NCBI GenBank assembly: GCA_022840285.1 | Contig: JALHIE010000027.1 | Coordinates: 13,080-77,079 of the forward strand | Origin: Porphyromonadaceae bacterium | GTDB taxonomy: Bacteria > Bacteroidota > Bacteroidia > Bacteroidales > Dysgonomonadaceae | Direction of reading: 5' to 3' | DNA: 64,000 nt | Shown here: one piece after another, positions 19,807-29,796 of the stretch | Layout: each line of letters opens with the position of its first letter | Numbering within the stretch: the first letter of the stretch is position 1 | Notes under the pieces: generated by a model | The model's database searches: none | What the model was told of the DNA's origin: nothing | The model's input: the letters and a program-made list of their open reading frames with translations, nothing else | Program-made: the position numbers and the translations under genes

Positions 19807-20964
19807 ATGATCGTAGGGATTCCCAAGGAAATTATGTCGGGAGAAGCTCGTGTGGCTGCTACCCCCGAAACCGTGAAGAAATTTATTCAGGACGGCATGA
19901 CCGTGCTTGTGGAAGCCGGTGCCGGAGTAAAATCGCTTTATTACGACGAACAGTATAGAGAAGCCGGAGCCGAAATGGTGGGCGACGCGGAGCACCTCTT
20001 CGAAAGAGCTGACCTTATCCTGAAAGTGAAAGAACCGCTTTTTAACGAAAATGTGGGCAAACACGAAGTGGAGATGATGCATCCGGGGCAGTTCCTGATT
20101 ACGTTCATCCATCCCGCCTCACCCGTAAACCACAACATGGTAAAGCAGTTGGTCGCCCGGGGCGTGACCGGCCTCACACTCGATAGCATCCCCCGCATCT
20201 CGCGCGCTCAAAACATGGACGCCCTCACCTCGATGAGTACTTGTGCAGGTTACAAGGGAATCATCATGGCGGCCGACGACCTGTCGGTATTCATGCCGCA
20301 GATGTTCACCGCCGTAGGAATGCTTAAGCCTGCCAACGTGCTGGTTATCGGTGCCGGTGTTGCCGGATTGCAGGCGCTGGCCACTGCCAAGCGGCTGGGG
20401 GCAGTGACTTACGCCATGGATATTCGTCCTGCTGCCAGCGAACAGGCCAAAAGCGTCGGAGCCAGGATCATTGAAACCGGCATTCCGGAAGAGTTGGCGG
20501 TCGGCAAGGGCGGATATGCGCAAAAGCTCCCCGAGGAGTGGTTGGCGAAAGAGCGTGAAGTGCTGGCAAGTGTGCTGAAAGATATGGACATTGTGTTCTG
20601 CAGCGCGTTGATTCCGGGAAAGGTGGCGCCGGTTCTTATTACCGGGGAAATGGTGGAATCGATGAAAAACGGAGCGGTGATTGTGGATATCTCCATCGAT
20701 CAGGGCGGTAACTGCGAGGTTACCCCGGCAGGAAGAAAAGAGGTGATCCACAACGTGATGGTTCAGGGAATCAAGAATATACCGGGATTAATTCCCACCA
20801 GCTCTACCTGGATGTTCTCTCAAAACGTTTATAACCTGGTGAAATACTTATCGAAAGACGGAGAGGTAGCGCTGGACCTGAACGATGAAATTGTCCGTTC
20901 TATCCTGGTAACCCATAAGGGCGAGATCGTGCACGAGGGAACGCGTGAAGCGATGGGATTGTGA
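19807..20964 (+). CDS. pntA: NAD(P) transhydrogenase subunit alpha, part 1 (domain I)
   Basis: GIPKE...EARVAATP, RISRAQNMDALTSM, GAGVAGLQA, DISIDQGGNC. Confidence 0.93.
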   Translation: MIVGIPKEIMSGEARVAATPETVKKFIQDGMTVLVEAGAGVKSLYYDEQYREAGAEMVGDAEHLFERADLILKVKEPLFNENVGKHEVEMMHPGQFLITFIHPASPVNHNMVKQLVARGVTGLTLDSIPRISRAQNMDALTSMSTCAGYKGIIMAADDLSVFMPQMFTAVGMLKPANVLVIGAGVAGLQALATAKRLGAVTYAMDIRPAASEQAKSVGARIIETGIPEELAVGKGGYAQKLPEEWLAKEREVLASVLKDMDIVFCSALIPGKVAPVLITGEMVESMKNGAVIVDISIDQGGNCEVTPAGRKEVIHNVMVQGIKNIPGLIPTSSTWMFSQNVYNLVKYLSKDGEVALDLNDEIVRSILVTHKGEIVHEGTREAMGL

Positions 20965-20992
20965 AAAATAAATTTTAATTGCCGAGGTTGAC

Positions 20993-21289
20993 ATGAATCC
21001 AGTTTTTTTGATAGTGATTTTTGCATTGGCCACCGGGGTCGGATACGTGATCATCAAAAACGTGCCGAGCTTGCTGCATACCCCGCTGATGTCGGGAATG
21101 AACGCCCTGTCGGGAATTACCATTCTTGGTGCGGTAGCCGCGGTGGGCTTGTCGGTGGCGGCAACCGGACAGATCCTGGGTGGATTGGCCGTTGTTGCCG
21201 CTACGGTAAATGTTGTCGGAGGTTTCGGGGTTACACACCGGATGCTTAAGATGTTCGACAAGAAAAAGAAGGAGGAAAAGCCATCATGA
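20993..21289 (+). CDS. pntA: NAD(P) transhydrogenase subunit alpha, part 2
   Basis: VPSLLHTPLMSGMNALSG, NVVGGFGVTHRMLKMF. Confidence 0.93.
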   Translation: MNPVFLIVIFALATGVGYVIIKNVPSLLHTPLMSGMNALSGITILGAVAAVGLSVAATGQILGGLAVVAATVNVVGGFGVTHRMLKMFDKKKKEEKPS

Positions 21290-22710
21290 CACCCACTCTT
21301 TATTACGTTGTTTGTGCGGTTTTGTCCGTCACCGTTTTGTTGGGGATCTCCATGATGAGCCGGGTGAAGACGGCTGTCCGGGGCAACATCATCAGTGCGG
21401 CCAGTGTTCTCGCGGGGATTGTGGTTACGTTGCTTTACAACCGGATTGCTTCTGTTGGAAGCATATACGTTTATATGTTGGTGGGGGTTGTTATCGGAAG
21501 CGCGTTTGCCGTCCATGTAAAAATGATCCAGATGCCGCAGCTGGTCGCCTTGCTGAACGGGGTAGGCGGGCTGGCATCTGCCCTGGTAGGTATCCTGACG
21601 TTGCTGGGAGTGGGGCAGTGGGTAAGTGATTTTCCCGTCTTTTCCAACGTTACCGCCGTCCTGGCGATAGTGGTGGGGGTTATCACCCTGGTTGGCAGCC
21701 TGGTCGCTGCCGGAAAGCTGCATAAGCTTTTGTCCCAGAGGCCGGTAATCTGGAAAAACCACGCTGCCGTGTTGAACTTCAGCCTGATTGTGCTCGCCGT
21801 TTCCGTGGTTTATTCCGCTTTTGCGGGAAACGTGTTTGGCCTGCCTGCGGACGTTGCGTTGATTCTGTTGATAAGCATCGCATTCAGCGCACTTTTCGGA
21901 TTTGCTTTTTCCATCCGCGTGGGAGGAGCGGACATGCCCATTACCATCTCGCTGCTTAACTCGTTGAGCGGTGTGGCCGGAGCTATTGCCGGTATGGCGA
22001 TCAGCGATATTCTGCTGGTTTCGGTCGGAGGGATTGTGGGCGCGTCCGGATTGTTCCTCACACAGATCATGTGCCGTTCGATGAACCGTAGCCTGATGGA
22101 CATTTTAACCGGAAAAACCTCCGTTTCGGGGAAAAAGGCGGCTCAGTCCCGGCCGGTAATGGAAGAGCCGAAAGACGAAACGCCGGATGAGCAACCCGGT
22201 AAGCCGTCGGCCGGAGAAATCCTGCGGAATGCCCGGTCGGTGATCATCGTTCCCGGATACGGAATGGCCCTGGCGCAGGCACAACACCTGGTACGCCAGC
22301 TGGCCGACAAGCTGGAAGCGAACGGTGCGGAAGTGCGTTACGCCATCCATCCCGTCGCCGGCCGCATGCCCGGCCACATGAACGTGCTGCTGGCGGAGGC
22401 CGACGTGCCTTACGAACAGCTTTACGAGATGGATGCGATCAACGGTGACTTCAAAGACACCGATGCCGTGATCGTGATCGGTGCCAACGACGTGCTCAAC
22501 CCCGCCGCACGTGATGCCGCGGATACACCCATCTACGGGATGCCCGTATTGAATGTGGACGAAGCCCCGGAGGTCTTCATCTGCAATTTCGATCTGAGTC
22601 CCGGTTACGCCGGCGTGGAGAACCCGCTTTACACCAAAAAGAGCGGCGTGCACCTGATGCTGGGAGACGCCAAGGATTCGCTCTCGACAATGATCGCGTG
22701 GTTGAATTAA
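21286..22710 (+). CDS. pntB: NAD(P) transhydrogenase subunit beta
   Basis: GGADMPITISLLNS, VPGYGMALAQAQH, HPVAGRMPGHMNVLLAEA, GANDVLNP. Confidence 0.96.
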   Translation: MTPTLYYVVCAVLSVTVLLGISMMSRVKTAVRGNIISAASVLAGIVVTLLYNRIASVGSIYVYMLVGVVIGSAFAVHVKMIQMPQLVALLNGVGGLASALVGILTLLGVGQWVSDFPVFSNVTAVLAIVVGVITLVGSLVAAGKLHKLLSQRPVIWKNHAAVLNFSLIVLAVSVVYSAFAGNVFGLPADVALILLISIAFSALFGFAFSIRVGGADMPITISLLNSLSGVAGAIAGMAISDILLVSVGGIVGASGLFLTQIMCRSMNRSLMDILTGKTSVSGKKAAQSRPVMEEPKDETPDEQPGKPSAGEILRNARSVIIVPGYGMALAQAQHLVRQLADKLEANGAEVRYAIHPVAGRMPGHMNVLLAEADVPYEQLYEMDAINGDFKDTDAVIVIGANDVLNPAARDAADTPIYGMPVLNVDEAPEVFICNFDLSPGYAGVENPLYTKKSGVHLMLGDAKDSLSTMIAWLN

Positions 22711-22827
22711 AAAAACAACCCATTTCCCCATTTTCCCTTGCGGATAGCTTTGTAGTTTAATAAATTTTATATTTCTTTGTTTGGCTTTATTTATCTTTTC
22801 CACACTTAATGTTTAATTTCTCGGCAA

Positions 22828-23139
22828 ATGGAAAATTTCAGCAACGACAATCAAATTCAGATAGAGCTCACGGAAGAAATTGCTCAGGGAACCTATTCGA
22901 ATCTGGCCATCATCTCGCACTCCTCTTCGGAATTTGTGGTGGATTTCGTACGGATTGTCCCGGGTATTCCCAAGGCAAAAGTAAAATCGCGCATTATCCT
23001 CACGCCCGAACACGCCAAAAGACTTCTTCTGGCGCTGAAGGACAATATCGATAAGTTTGAGAAGATGAACGGGACCATTTCGGTGAACAACGAAAATCCC
23101 GGTTTTCTCCCTCCCATAGGAGGAATGGGGCAGGCGTAG
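22828..23139 (+). CDS. DUF3467 family protein
   Basis: GTYSNLAIISHSSSEFVVDF, KSRIILTPEHAKRLL. Confidence 0.88.
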   Translation: MENFSNDNQIQIELTEEIAQGTYSNLAIISHSSSEFVVDFVRIVPGIPKAKVKSRIILTPEHAKRLLLALKDNIDKFEKMNGTISVNNENPGFLPPIGGMGQA

Positions 23140-23190
23140 CCTCTCCCCCTTTTTTTGTTTACATTTATTTTAAAAATCACACTTTTTTTT

Positions 23191-23436
23191 ATGGAATCAG
23201 AAGTAAAAAAAGAAAAATTCAATTGGTTCACCATGTTTTGGGAGGGCTTTACCGGCATGTCGAAACTCGGCAGGACACTGTGGATAATAGTGATTGTAAA
23301 GCTCATCATCATGTTTGCCATACTCAAGCCCATTTTTTTTCCCGATTTTCTCAAGGCACAGGTAAACGACGAATCGGAAAAAGCGGGATACGTGCGTGAA
23401 CAAATGATTGAAAGGTCGTCTTTCGATTCAGAATAA
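23191..23436 (+). CDS. DUF4492 family small membrane protein (cyd operon leader)
   Basis: EGFTGMSKLGRTLWIIVIVKLIIMFAILKPIFFPDF; sits directly upstream of cydA. Confidence 0.85.
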   Translation: MESEVKKEKFNWFTMFWEGFTGMSKLGRTLWIIVIVKLIIMFAILKPIFFPDFLKAQVNDESEKAGYVREQMIERSSFDSE

Positions 23437-23477
23437 TAAAAATAAAATTATTAACCCAATTAATCTTTTAAAGATCT

Positions 23478-24933
23478 ATGGACTTATTACTGAATGCATC
23501 AGCTGTGGGTTGGGCGAGGGGGCAGTTCGCCCTTACGGCCGGCTATCATTGGATTTTTGTCCCGCTTACGCTGGGACTGGCCGTGATCATGTCTATCATG
23601 GAAACCATGTATGTGCGTACCGGGGACGAAAAATGGAAAAAAACCGCCAAGTTCTGGCAAATCATTTTCGGTATCAATTTCGCTATCGGCGTGGCAACGG
23701 GCATTATCCTGGAATTTCAGTTCGGTACAAACTGGTCGAATTACAGTTTGTTCGTGGGCGATATTTTTGGCGCGCCACTGGCCATTGAAGGTATTGTAGC
23801 GTTCTTCCTCGAAGCAACGTTTATTTCCATCATGTTTTTCGGGTGGGACCGGGTAAGCAAAAAGATGCACCTGGCGTCGACCTGGCTGGTAACCCTCGGG
23901 GCCACCCTGTCGGCGTTCTGGATCCTGGTGGCGAACGCCTGGATGCAATATCCCATCGGGATGGAGTTCAACCCCGAGACCATGAGGAACGAGATGGTCG
24001 ACTTCTGGGCGGTGGCCGGATCTCCCGTGGCCATCAACAAGTTTTTTCACACGGTTACTTCGTCGTGGGGCCTCGGCGCCGCGTTCGTGGTGGGGGTAAG
24101 CAGCTGGTACCTGATCAAGAAGAGGCACCAGGATTTTGCGCTCAGGAGCATAAAGATTGCCACCATATTCGGATTGGTGTCGTTTATATTGATTGCGGTC
24201 AGCGGTGACGGGTCGGCCTACGAAGTCACGCAAAAGCAGCCGATGAAGCTGGCCGCCATGGAAGGCCTGTACGAAGGAAAGGAAGGGGCCGGATTGGTAG
24301 CTGTCGGTTTGCTTAACCCGAAAAAGGAAGCATACAACGACGACGTGAACCCCTACCTGTTCAAGATAGAAATCCCCAAGCTTTTGTCCCTTATGGGTTA
24401 TCGGAATATAAACGCGTTTGTGCCCGGCATCAAGGACGTTATTGACGGCGGATACACACTGCCCGACGGCTCCACCGCCTTGTCTTTCCGGGAAAAAAGG
24501 GAGCGCGGCCTGCTGGCCCACAAGGCGCTGGCCGATTTCCAGCAAGCGAAGAGTGAAGGACGGGATACCGATGCCGCCAATTTCGAAACCATCATCAAAG
24601 ACAATTACAGCTACTTCGGCTACGGGTTCCTGGAAAAGGAAGAAGACCTGATCCCGAACGTTCCCCTCACGTTTTACATGTTCCACTTTATGGTGATGGT
24701 AGGTGGATATTTCATCCTGTTCTTTGCGGTGGTTTGGTATTTCCACAGCAGGAAAAAGCTGGCGCCAGCCGTGGACCATACAGGATGTGTTGCCTGTTCA
24801 GGCGGCAGCGTCTGGAGTGTCTGCCGGTAATGTGATAACCACTTTTATCCTCTTCGCGGTGCTGTTCACCGTTCTGCTTATTGCCGAAGTTACCATTATG
24901 CTGAAACAGATCCGGAAAGGGCCTGATTTTTAA
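23478..24933 (+). CDS. cydA: Cytochrome bd ubiquinol oxidase subunit I; deletion and frameshift at ~24761
   Basis: YHWIFVPLTLG, EFQFGTNWS, QPMKLAAMEG; after RKKL the sequence jumps to RQPWTIQDVLP in another frame that ends at 24933. Confidence 0.93.
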
Positions 24934-24976
24934 TCTTTCACAGAATAATTTATACACTTTAAAACACAAGCAAACT

Positions 24977-26131
24977 ATGATAACTTACGAATTTCTACAG
25001 AATTACTGGTGGTTTATAATATCGCTGTTGGGAGGATTGTTGGTATTTCTTCTTTTTGTGCAGGGCGGACAGTCGATGATCCATTCGATCTCGAAGACGG
25101 AAGATGAAAAGAAACTGGTCATAAATGCCCTGGGCCGCAAGTGGGAGTACACCTTTACCACGCTGGTCACGTTCGGGGGTGCGTTCTTTGCATCGTTCCC
25201 GTTGTTTTACGCCACCAGCTTCGGCGGGGCATACTGGGTATGGATGTTGCTTTTGTTCTCTTTTGTGGTACAGGCCGTATCCTATGAATTTCAATCGAAG
25301 CCGGGCAATGTGTTCGGGCCGAAGACCTACCGGTCGTTCCTGTTCTTCAACGGGATAATCGGCACATTCGTGCTGGGTGTTGCCGTAGCCACGTTCTTCA
25401 CCGGATCGGAGTTTACCATCAACAAGGTGAACCTGGTGAGCTTCGGAACTGCCGGAAACGTGATGAGCGGGTGGGACAATCCGCTTCACGGCCTCGAAGC
25501 GCTGGGGAACCTGAGGAACTGGTGCTTGGGGCTGGCCGTTCTTTTCCTGGCAAGGACGATGGCGAGCCTGTTTTTTGTGAACAGGTTGGATCACGACGTG
25601 TTGCACAACAGATCGAGAAAATACACGCTGTACAACGGTGTGCCGTTTGTGGTGTTCTTTCTGGCTTTCCTGATCTGGACGCTGGTTTCCGACGGCTATG
25701 CCGTTAATCCGGATACGAAGGAAGTATTTATGGAGCCCTACAAGTACCTGAACAACTTCATCCAGATGCCGGTGGTGCTTGTCCTTTTCCTGCTGGGTGT
25801 CCTGTCGGTCCTGTGGGGAATTTTCGGTACGGTGGCCAACAGATCGTTCAATAAGGGAATCTGGTTTGCCGGGGCAGGCACGGTGGTGGCGGTAACCATG
25901 CTGCTGCTTGTGGCCGGATACAACCATACGGCATATTATCCGTCGTATACCAGCCTGCAAAGCTCGCTTACCGTACAAAACTCATCCTCCAGCGAGTTCA
26001 CGTTGACAGCCATGTCGATTGTTTCGTTGCTCGTTCCTTTTGTGTTTGCCTACATCGTTTATGCCTGGAGGGCGCTGGAAGGGAAAAAGCTGAAGCTTGA
26101 AGACCTGAACAAAGACGGGCACGCCTATTAA
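24977..26131 (+). CDS. cydB: Cytochrome bd ubiquinol oxidase subunit II
   Basis: LGRKWEYTFTTLVTFGGAFFASFP, VQAVSYEF; follows cydA. Confidence 0.93.
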   Translation: MITYEFLQNYWWFIISLLGGLLVFLLFVQGGQSMIHSISKTEDEKKLVINALGRKWEYTFTTLVTFGGAFFASFPLFYATSFGGAYWVWMLLLFSFVVQAVSYEFQSKPGNVFGPKTYRSFLFFNGIIGTFVLGVAVATFFTGSEFTINKVNLVSFGTAGNVMSGWDNPLHGLEALGNLRNWCLGLAVLFLARTMASLFFVNRLDHDVLHNRSRKYTLYNGVPFVVFFLAFLIWTLVSDGYAVNPDTKEVFMEPYKYLNNFIQMPVVLVLFLLGVLSVLWGIFGTVANRSFNKGIWFAGAGTVVAVTMLLLVAGYNHTAYYPSYTSLQSSLTVQNSSSSEFTLTAMSIVSLLVPFVFAYIVYAWRALEGKKLKLEDLNKDGHAY

Positions 26132-26205
26132 AAATTTTATTTTAACCGTTACGGGGCAGGTGTGAAGAATAAAATGTGTATATTTGCATACGTTTTTTTT
26201 AACAG

Positions 26206-27114
26206 ATGAGACGAAAAGTATTCGTGTTTTCATTCTTTACGGCGGTTCTGGTCTCTTCACTCTTCTTCTCCTGCAACCAGGACAAGAGAAGTTTGTTTAA
26301 GGCCGACAACGGGGTAGAGTTTGATACGATAAACATAGAAAAGAAATACTTTCTGGATGATAATCCGGAAAATCCCTCGTGTAACCTGAAGCTGACTTTT
26401 GTTTATCCGGAAAGCATTGCGAATTTCGATGCGCGGGCAGCCAGAAGTGTTTTTCTAAGGACGGTGATCGGTCCGAGCTACGACAGCTTGTCCGCCAAGG
26501 AAGCCGTTGACAGGTACATTCGTAATTACATCGGGAACTACCGGAATGACGCCGGGATTTACCAGATCAACAAACCTTTGCAGGAACATGTCGGAAACAG
26601 ATCAGACGGCCCGTATGTTGCCGATGAAGAGCTCGATTATCTTCCCGAGGTGTTCTATTCCTATTACGAAACCCTTTCCGATTCCATCGTGTACAACCAG
26701 TACGGCATTATCTCGTTCCAGGTGAGACAAGTGAACAACAAGGGTGGCCGCATGTCGTACGAAACCGTCAGGAACTACGTGCTTGACTTGTCGAGCGGTG
26801 AACTGATGACCGAGGGCGAAATTTTCTCCGCCGGTTACGATTTGGCGTTGCGTCCGATCCTGCAAAACTCGTTGCTGGAAGCAAACGGCGTGAAGTCCAT
26901 CCAGGAGCTCGAAGACCTGGGCTTTTTCGGTATCGACGAGATCGTTCCGAACAAGAACTTTCTCATCACCGATAAGGGGATAACCTACACGTTCAATAAG
27001 GGAGAGTACTCGGCTTACCAGCTTCAGGTCCCGCAGGTTTTTATCCCGTATGCGGCTGTCCGTTCCCTGTTGCGTGAGAATTCCGTTGTCTCAAAATTAA
27101 CCCGGCTGAAGTGA
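26206..27114 (+). CDS. DUF3298/DUF4163 (RsiV/PdaC-like) lipoprotein
   Basis: Lipobox FFSC; NYVLDLSSGELMTEGEIF, NKNFLITDKGITYTFNKGEYS; TATATTTG promoter at 26179-26186. Confidence 0.8.
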   Translation: MRRKVFVFSFFTAVLVSSLFFSCNQDKRSLFKADNGVEFDTINIEKKYFLDDNPENPSCNLKLTFVYPESIANFDARAARSVFLRTVIGPSYDSLSAKEAVDRYIRNYIGNYRNDAGIYQINKPLQEHVGNRSDGPYVADEELDYLPEVFYSYYETLSDSIVYNQYGIISFQVRQVNNKGGRMSYETVRNYVLDLSSGELMTEGEIFSAGYDLALRPILQNSLLEANGVKSIQELEDLGFFGIDEIVPNKNFLITDKGITYTFNKGEYSAYQLQVPQVFIPYAAVRSLLRENSVVSKLTRLK

Positions 27115-27679
27115 GTGTCATCGATACATATTTCCCCTCGCTTTCCGGGAAGCAGAAAGAGCAGTTCGACGCCCTTTTTGATTTATACTCCGACTGGAAC
27201 TCCCGGATAAACGTCATTTCCCGTAAGGATATCGATAATCTTTACCTCCACCACGTTCTGCATTCATTAGCCATTGCCCGGTTCATCCGTTTTCAACCCG
27301 GTACGTCCGTCATCGACGTAGGAACCGGCGGCGGGTTTCCCGGTGTGCCGCTGGCCGTGTTTGTTGCTGGACAGCATCGGGAAGAAGGTAAAGGTAGCCC
27401 GCGAGGTTTCGCAAGCCATCGGCCTGGAAAACGTGGACTTCATCCATTCGCGTATGGAGGACGAGAAGCGGAAGTTCGACTTCGCAGTGAGCCGTGCCGT
27501 GATGCCGTTGCCTGATCTGGAGAAGATCGTGCGGAAAAACATCTCCTCCGAGCAGAGTAATGCCCTCCCCAACGGGATCATCTGCCTTAAGGGCGGTAAT
27601 CTGGCCTCCGAGCTGTCCCCGTTCAAGAACAAGGCGGAGGTGTTCTCCCTCAGCAGCTACTTCCCCGAACCTTTCTTCT
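27111..27679 (+). pseudogene. rsmG: 16S rRNA m7G527 methyltransferase RsmG, frameshifted at ~27360 and lacking its normal 3' end
   Basis: WNSRINVISRKD, HVLHSL, DVGTGGGFPG in frame 1; LDSIGKK, SRAV, LKGG in frame 2; no stop before the tRNA promoter. Confidence 0.85.
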
Positions 27680-27694
27680 TATTTTTGCAAACCC

Positions 27695-27769
27695 GAATTG
27701 TTAGCTCAGCTGGTTTAGAGCGCTGCCTTGACAGGGCAGAGGTCGTTGGTTCGAATCCAACACAGTTCA
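27695..27769 (+). tRNA. trnV: tRNA-Val(GAC)
   Basis: Acceptor stem GAATTGT/ACAGTTC, D arm TAGCTCAGCTGGTTTAGAGC, anticodon stem CTGCC/GGCAG with loop TTGACAG, T loop GGTTCGAATCC; TATTTTTG -7 box just upstream. Confidence 0.95.
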
Positions 27770-27779
27770 CTGCATAGCT

Positions 27780-28922
27780 TTACTTGTCTCCACGTGGATT
27801 CACAATCGTTCGTCGTTTAAATATCTCAATAATCTTTTCATCACTGTTAGACGAAAGAATTTCTTCCTCGGTGAACCATGTAGAGATGATTTGTTGCAAG
27901 TTTGTACGATCAAAATCGTAGATCAAATAGATTTTCCCGTCGGAGGATTGTTGTCCGTCAGGATAGGAAACACCTAATCTCTCATCAATTAATAGTCCTT
28001 TGGACCATGTTTTCCCGTCGTCTTTAGAAATAAACGCCATGAGATGTGAACGTCCGGTTTTAACAGCTACGGGTCCGTGTTTAACTAGCAACAGATTCCC
28101 CGATTGAAGTCGCCGGATAAAGAAGCGGCTACTGGTATGTTTTATTTTTGATGGATAAAGATCACTCCACGTCTTTCCTTTGTCGGACGAGAAACTTTCG
28201 CCGATACCGTATTTTGTACGGACCAGCATCCATAAGGAACCATCCTGTCGTTCAACAATCATATGTTCATCAAACTCCCTATCCTGGACAGGAACATTAA
28301 CTGCACCCTGCAATGTCCAATTTTGTCCTTGATCCCTTGTAATATATACTTTGGCGCTGTTATCTGTATAACGCCACGTCGAAATCGGAAACAGCCACTC
28401 ATCGTTGAGCAGAACAGTTGGTTTACACATCATTACTCCATCAGTTATTCTACAGGGTTTTCCCCAGTCGGTTTCTTTTTGTTCGCAATCCTCGGCTGTA
28501 ATATACCAGACACCGTATCTGTTGCCTCCATGTCCTACATTTTGAGTCCAGAAGAGCCATAATTTTCCTTCAGGATCAATCCAAACCTCCGGATCATAAG
28601 CTCGAACAGGGCCTTTTCCATCGGGGTCAATGACCAATACTTCTTCCCATATATAATCTTTTTTATTACACGTTGCCAATACGATATAATTATTGGAATC
28701 CTCGCTTGGAGTTGTCCCCGAATACCATGTTGCCCACAACCTTCCACCCTGTGTTACCGCGATGCTTGGAATTCCGGTAAAACGGCGACTGTCGGAAGAA
28801 TATCCACAGTAGTTACCAGGAGATTTAATAACTTTTGCTGTATTCAATTCAGCTTGTCCAAATCCATTTGTGACAGTGAAAATACAAAGTAGAATAATGT
28901 GTAAAAACCTGTAGCTTGCCAT
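27780..28922 (-). CDS. BNR/Asp-box exo-alpha-sialidase-like (GH33-like) secreted protein
   Basis: Start moved to ATG 28922 (MASYRFLHIILL signal peptide); RRFTGIP, Asp boxes TRDQGQNW, SSDKGKTW, SKDDGKTW; VSYPD. Confidence 0.85.
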   Translation of the reverse strand: MASYRFLHIILLCIFTVTNGFGQAELNTAKVIKSPGNYCGYSSDSRRFTGIPSIAVTQGGRLWATWYSGTTPSEDSNNYIVLATCNKKDYIWEEVLVIDPDGKGPVRAYDPEVWIDPEGKLWLFWTQNVGHGGNRYGVWYITAEDCEQKETDWGKPCRITDGVMMCKPTVLLNDEWLFPISTWRYTDNSAKVYITRDQGQNWTLQGAVNVPVQDREFDEHMIVERQDGSLWMLVRTKYGIGESFSSDKGKTWSDLYPSKIKHTSSRFFIRRLQSGNLLLVKHGPVAVKTGRSHLMAFISKDDGKTWSKGLLIDERLGVSYPDGQQSSDGKIYLIYDFDRTNLQQIISTWFTEEEILSSNSDEKIIEIFKRRTIVNPRGDK

Positions 28923-29046
28923 ATTTATTTTTATTATCAGTAATGAATTCAATGAATCGCAACTCAGGATCAGTGTTTCGGATGATCTCAAGCCCGGAAT
29001 GGAGTGGGGGAACTTTTCTGCCAGCTCTTCAGGTTCCTTGGCCTCT

Positions 29047-29118
29047 TCCCGGAGCTTGACGTCCTGTTCCGGTAAAGCGCAAAACGAGATTTCTTTGTAC
29101 CCGTCGATGGAGACTTTC
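29047..29118. repeat. Cassette-boundary repeat, copy 1
   Basis: CCCGGAGCTTGACGTCCTGTTCCGGTAAAGCGCAAAACGAGATTTCTTTGTACCCGTCGA; homologous to 33270-33343. Confidence 0.9.
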
Positions 29119-29426
29119 ATCAATAAACACGCTGCTACAAACTTAAGAGAAAAAAATCGAATAGTCTCAAATCAATCAAATAATTTTAATCCCTTACTAA
29201 CCGGACAGAAAACCCGCTAATCAAGTAGCTGTCCCCTCCGTTCAAGCTGGTTGTTGGCAGCGACTTGATTCTATTCTCATTCCGCTAGTGAATCTACAAA
29301 CTTACCAAACATCAAAATCTTCTCACTGTTTGCTTTACAAATGCAACCGGACTTTTACACACAGTTAATGATTTTGTCTAACCAGGAATAATCTTACAAA
29401 AGTGACGAAGAACCTAAAATATTGTT

Positions 29427-29665
29427 CTTTTTTGGTAGTTTTAACTACATTCACTACATTTGTGCAAAACAGAAATCGTATTTCCAGCGGTTGCCATTTT
29501 AGGTCCAAGTCAATGCGGAAAGTCCACCTTAGGCTTTTGGAGTGCTATAGAAACCACAAAACCGGATAAAACACATGTTGTTTCTCCCGTGTCAGCATCT
29601 TATCCATTTAAAAATGATGTGGAAGTTTGTGGGTTGAGTGATCTTTTGAAAAAAGTCGTATAAAT
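29427..29665 (+). pseudogene. Miniature, doubly deleted copy of the AAA-DUF4143 unit with intact promoter
   Basis: TTTG-N20-TACATTTG promoter, Walker A GPSQCGKST and last ~43 codons all match 32040-33267 with scattered SNPs. Confidence 0.9.
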
Positions 29666-29709
29666 ATAATCTGATCTCCCCGGAGCTTGACATTCTGTTC
29701 CGGCAAAGC
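29665..29709. repeat. Cassette-boundary repeat, copy 2 (left half)
   Basis: TATAATCTGATCTCCCCGGAGCTTGACATTCTGTTCCGGCAAAGC, identical to 33258-33302. Confidence 0.92.
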
Positions 29710-29796
29710 ACCATTCAAACTGAAAGATTACGAAGAATGGTACAATAAGTTGAACATTAAAAACAACAAAATTTATATAAATTATTCGTATATATT

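Noticed and set aside
23499-25978. Long antisense ORFs (23499..24779, 24995..25978; likewise 18535..19503, 2248..2880, 42740..43258)
   Set aside because: Shadow frames of well-conserved genes on the other strand, with no recognisable motifs.
27343-27777. 144-aa ORF reading through tRNA-Val
   Set aside because: It is the second half of frameshifted rsmG whose stop was lost; the tail is tRNA sequence.
28923-29123. 67-aa N-terminal extension of the sialidase
   Set aside because: It is the boundary-repeat remnant fused in frame by chance; a signal peptide starts at 28922.
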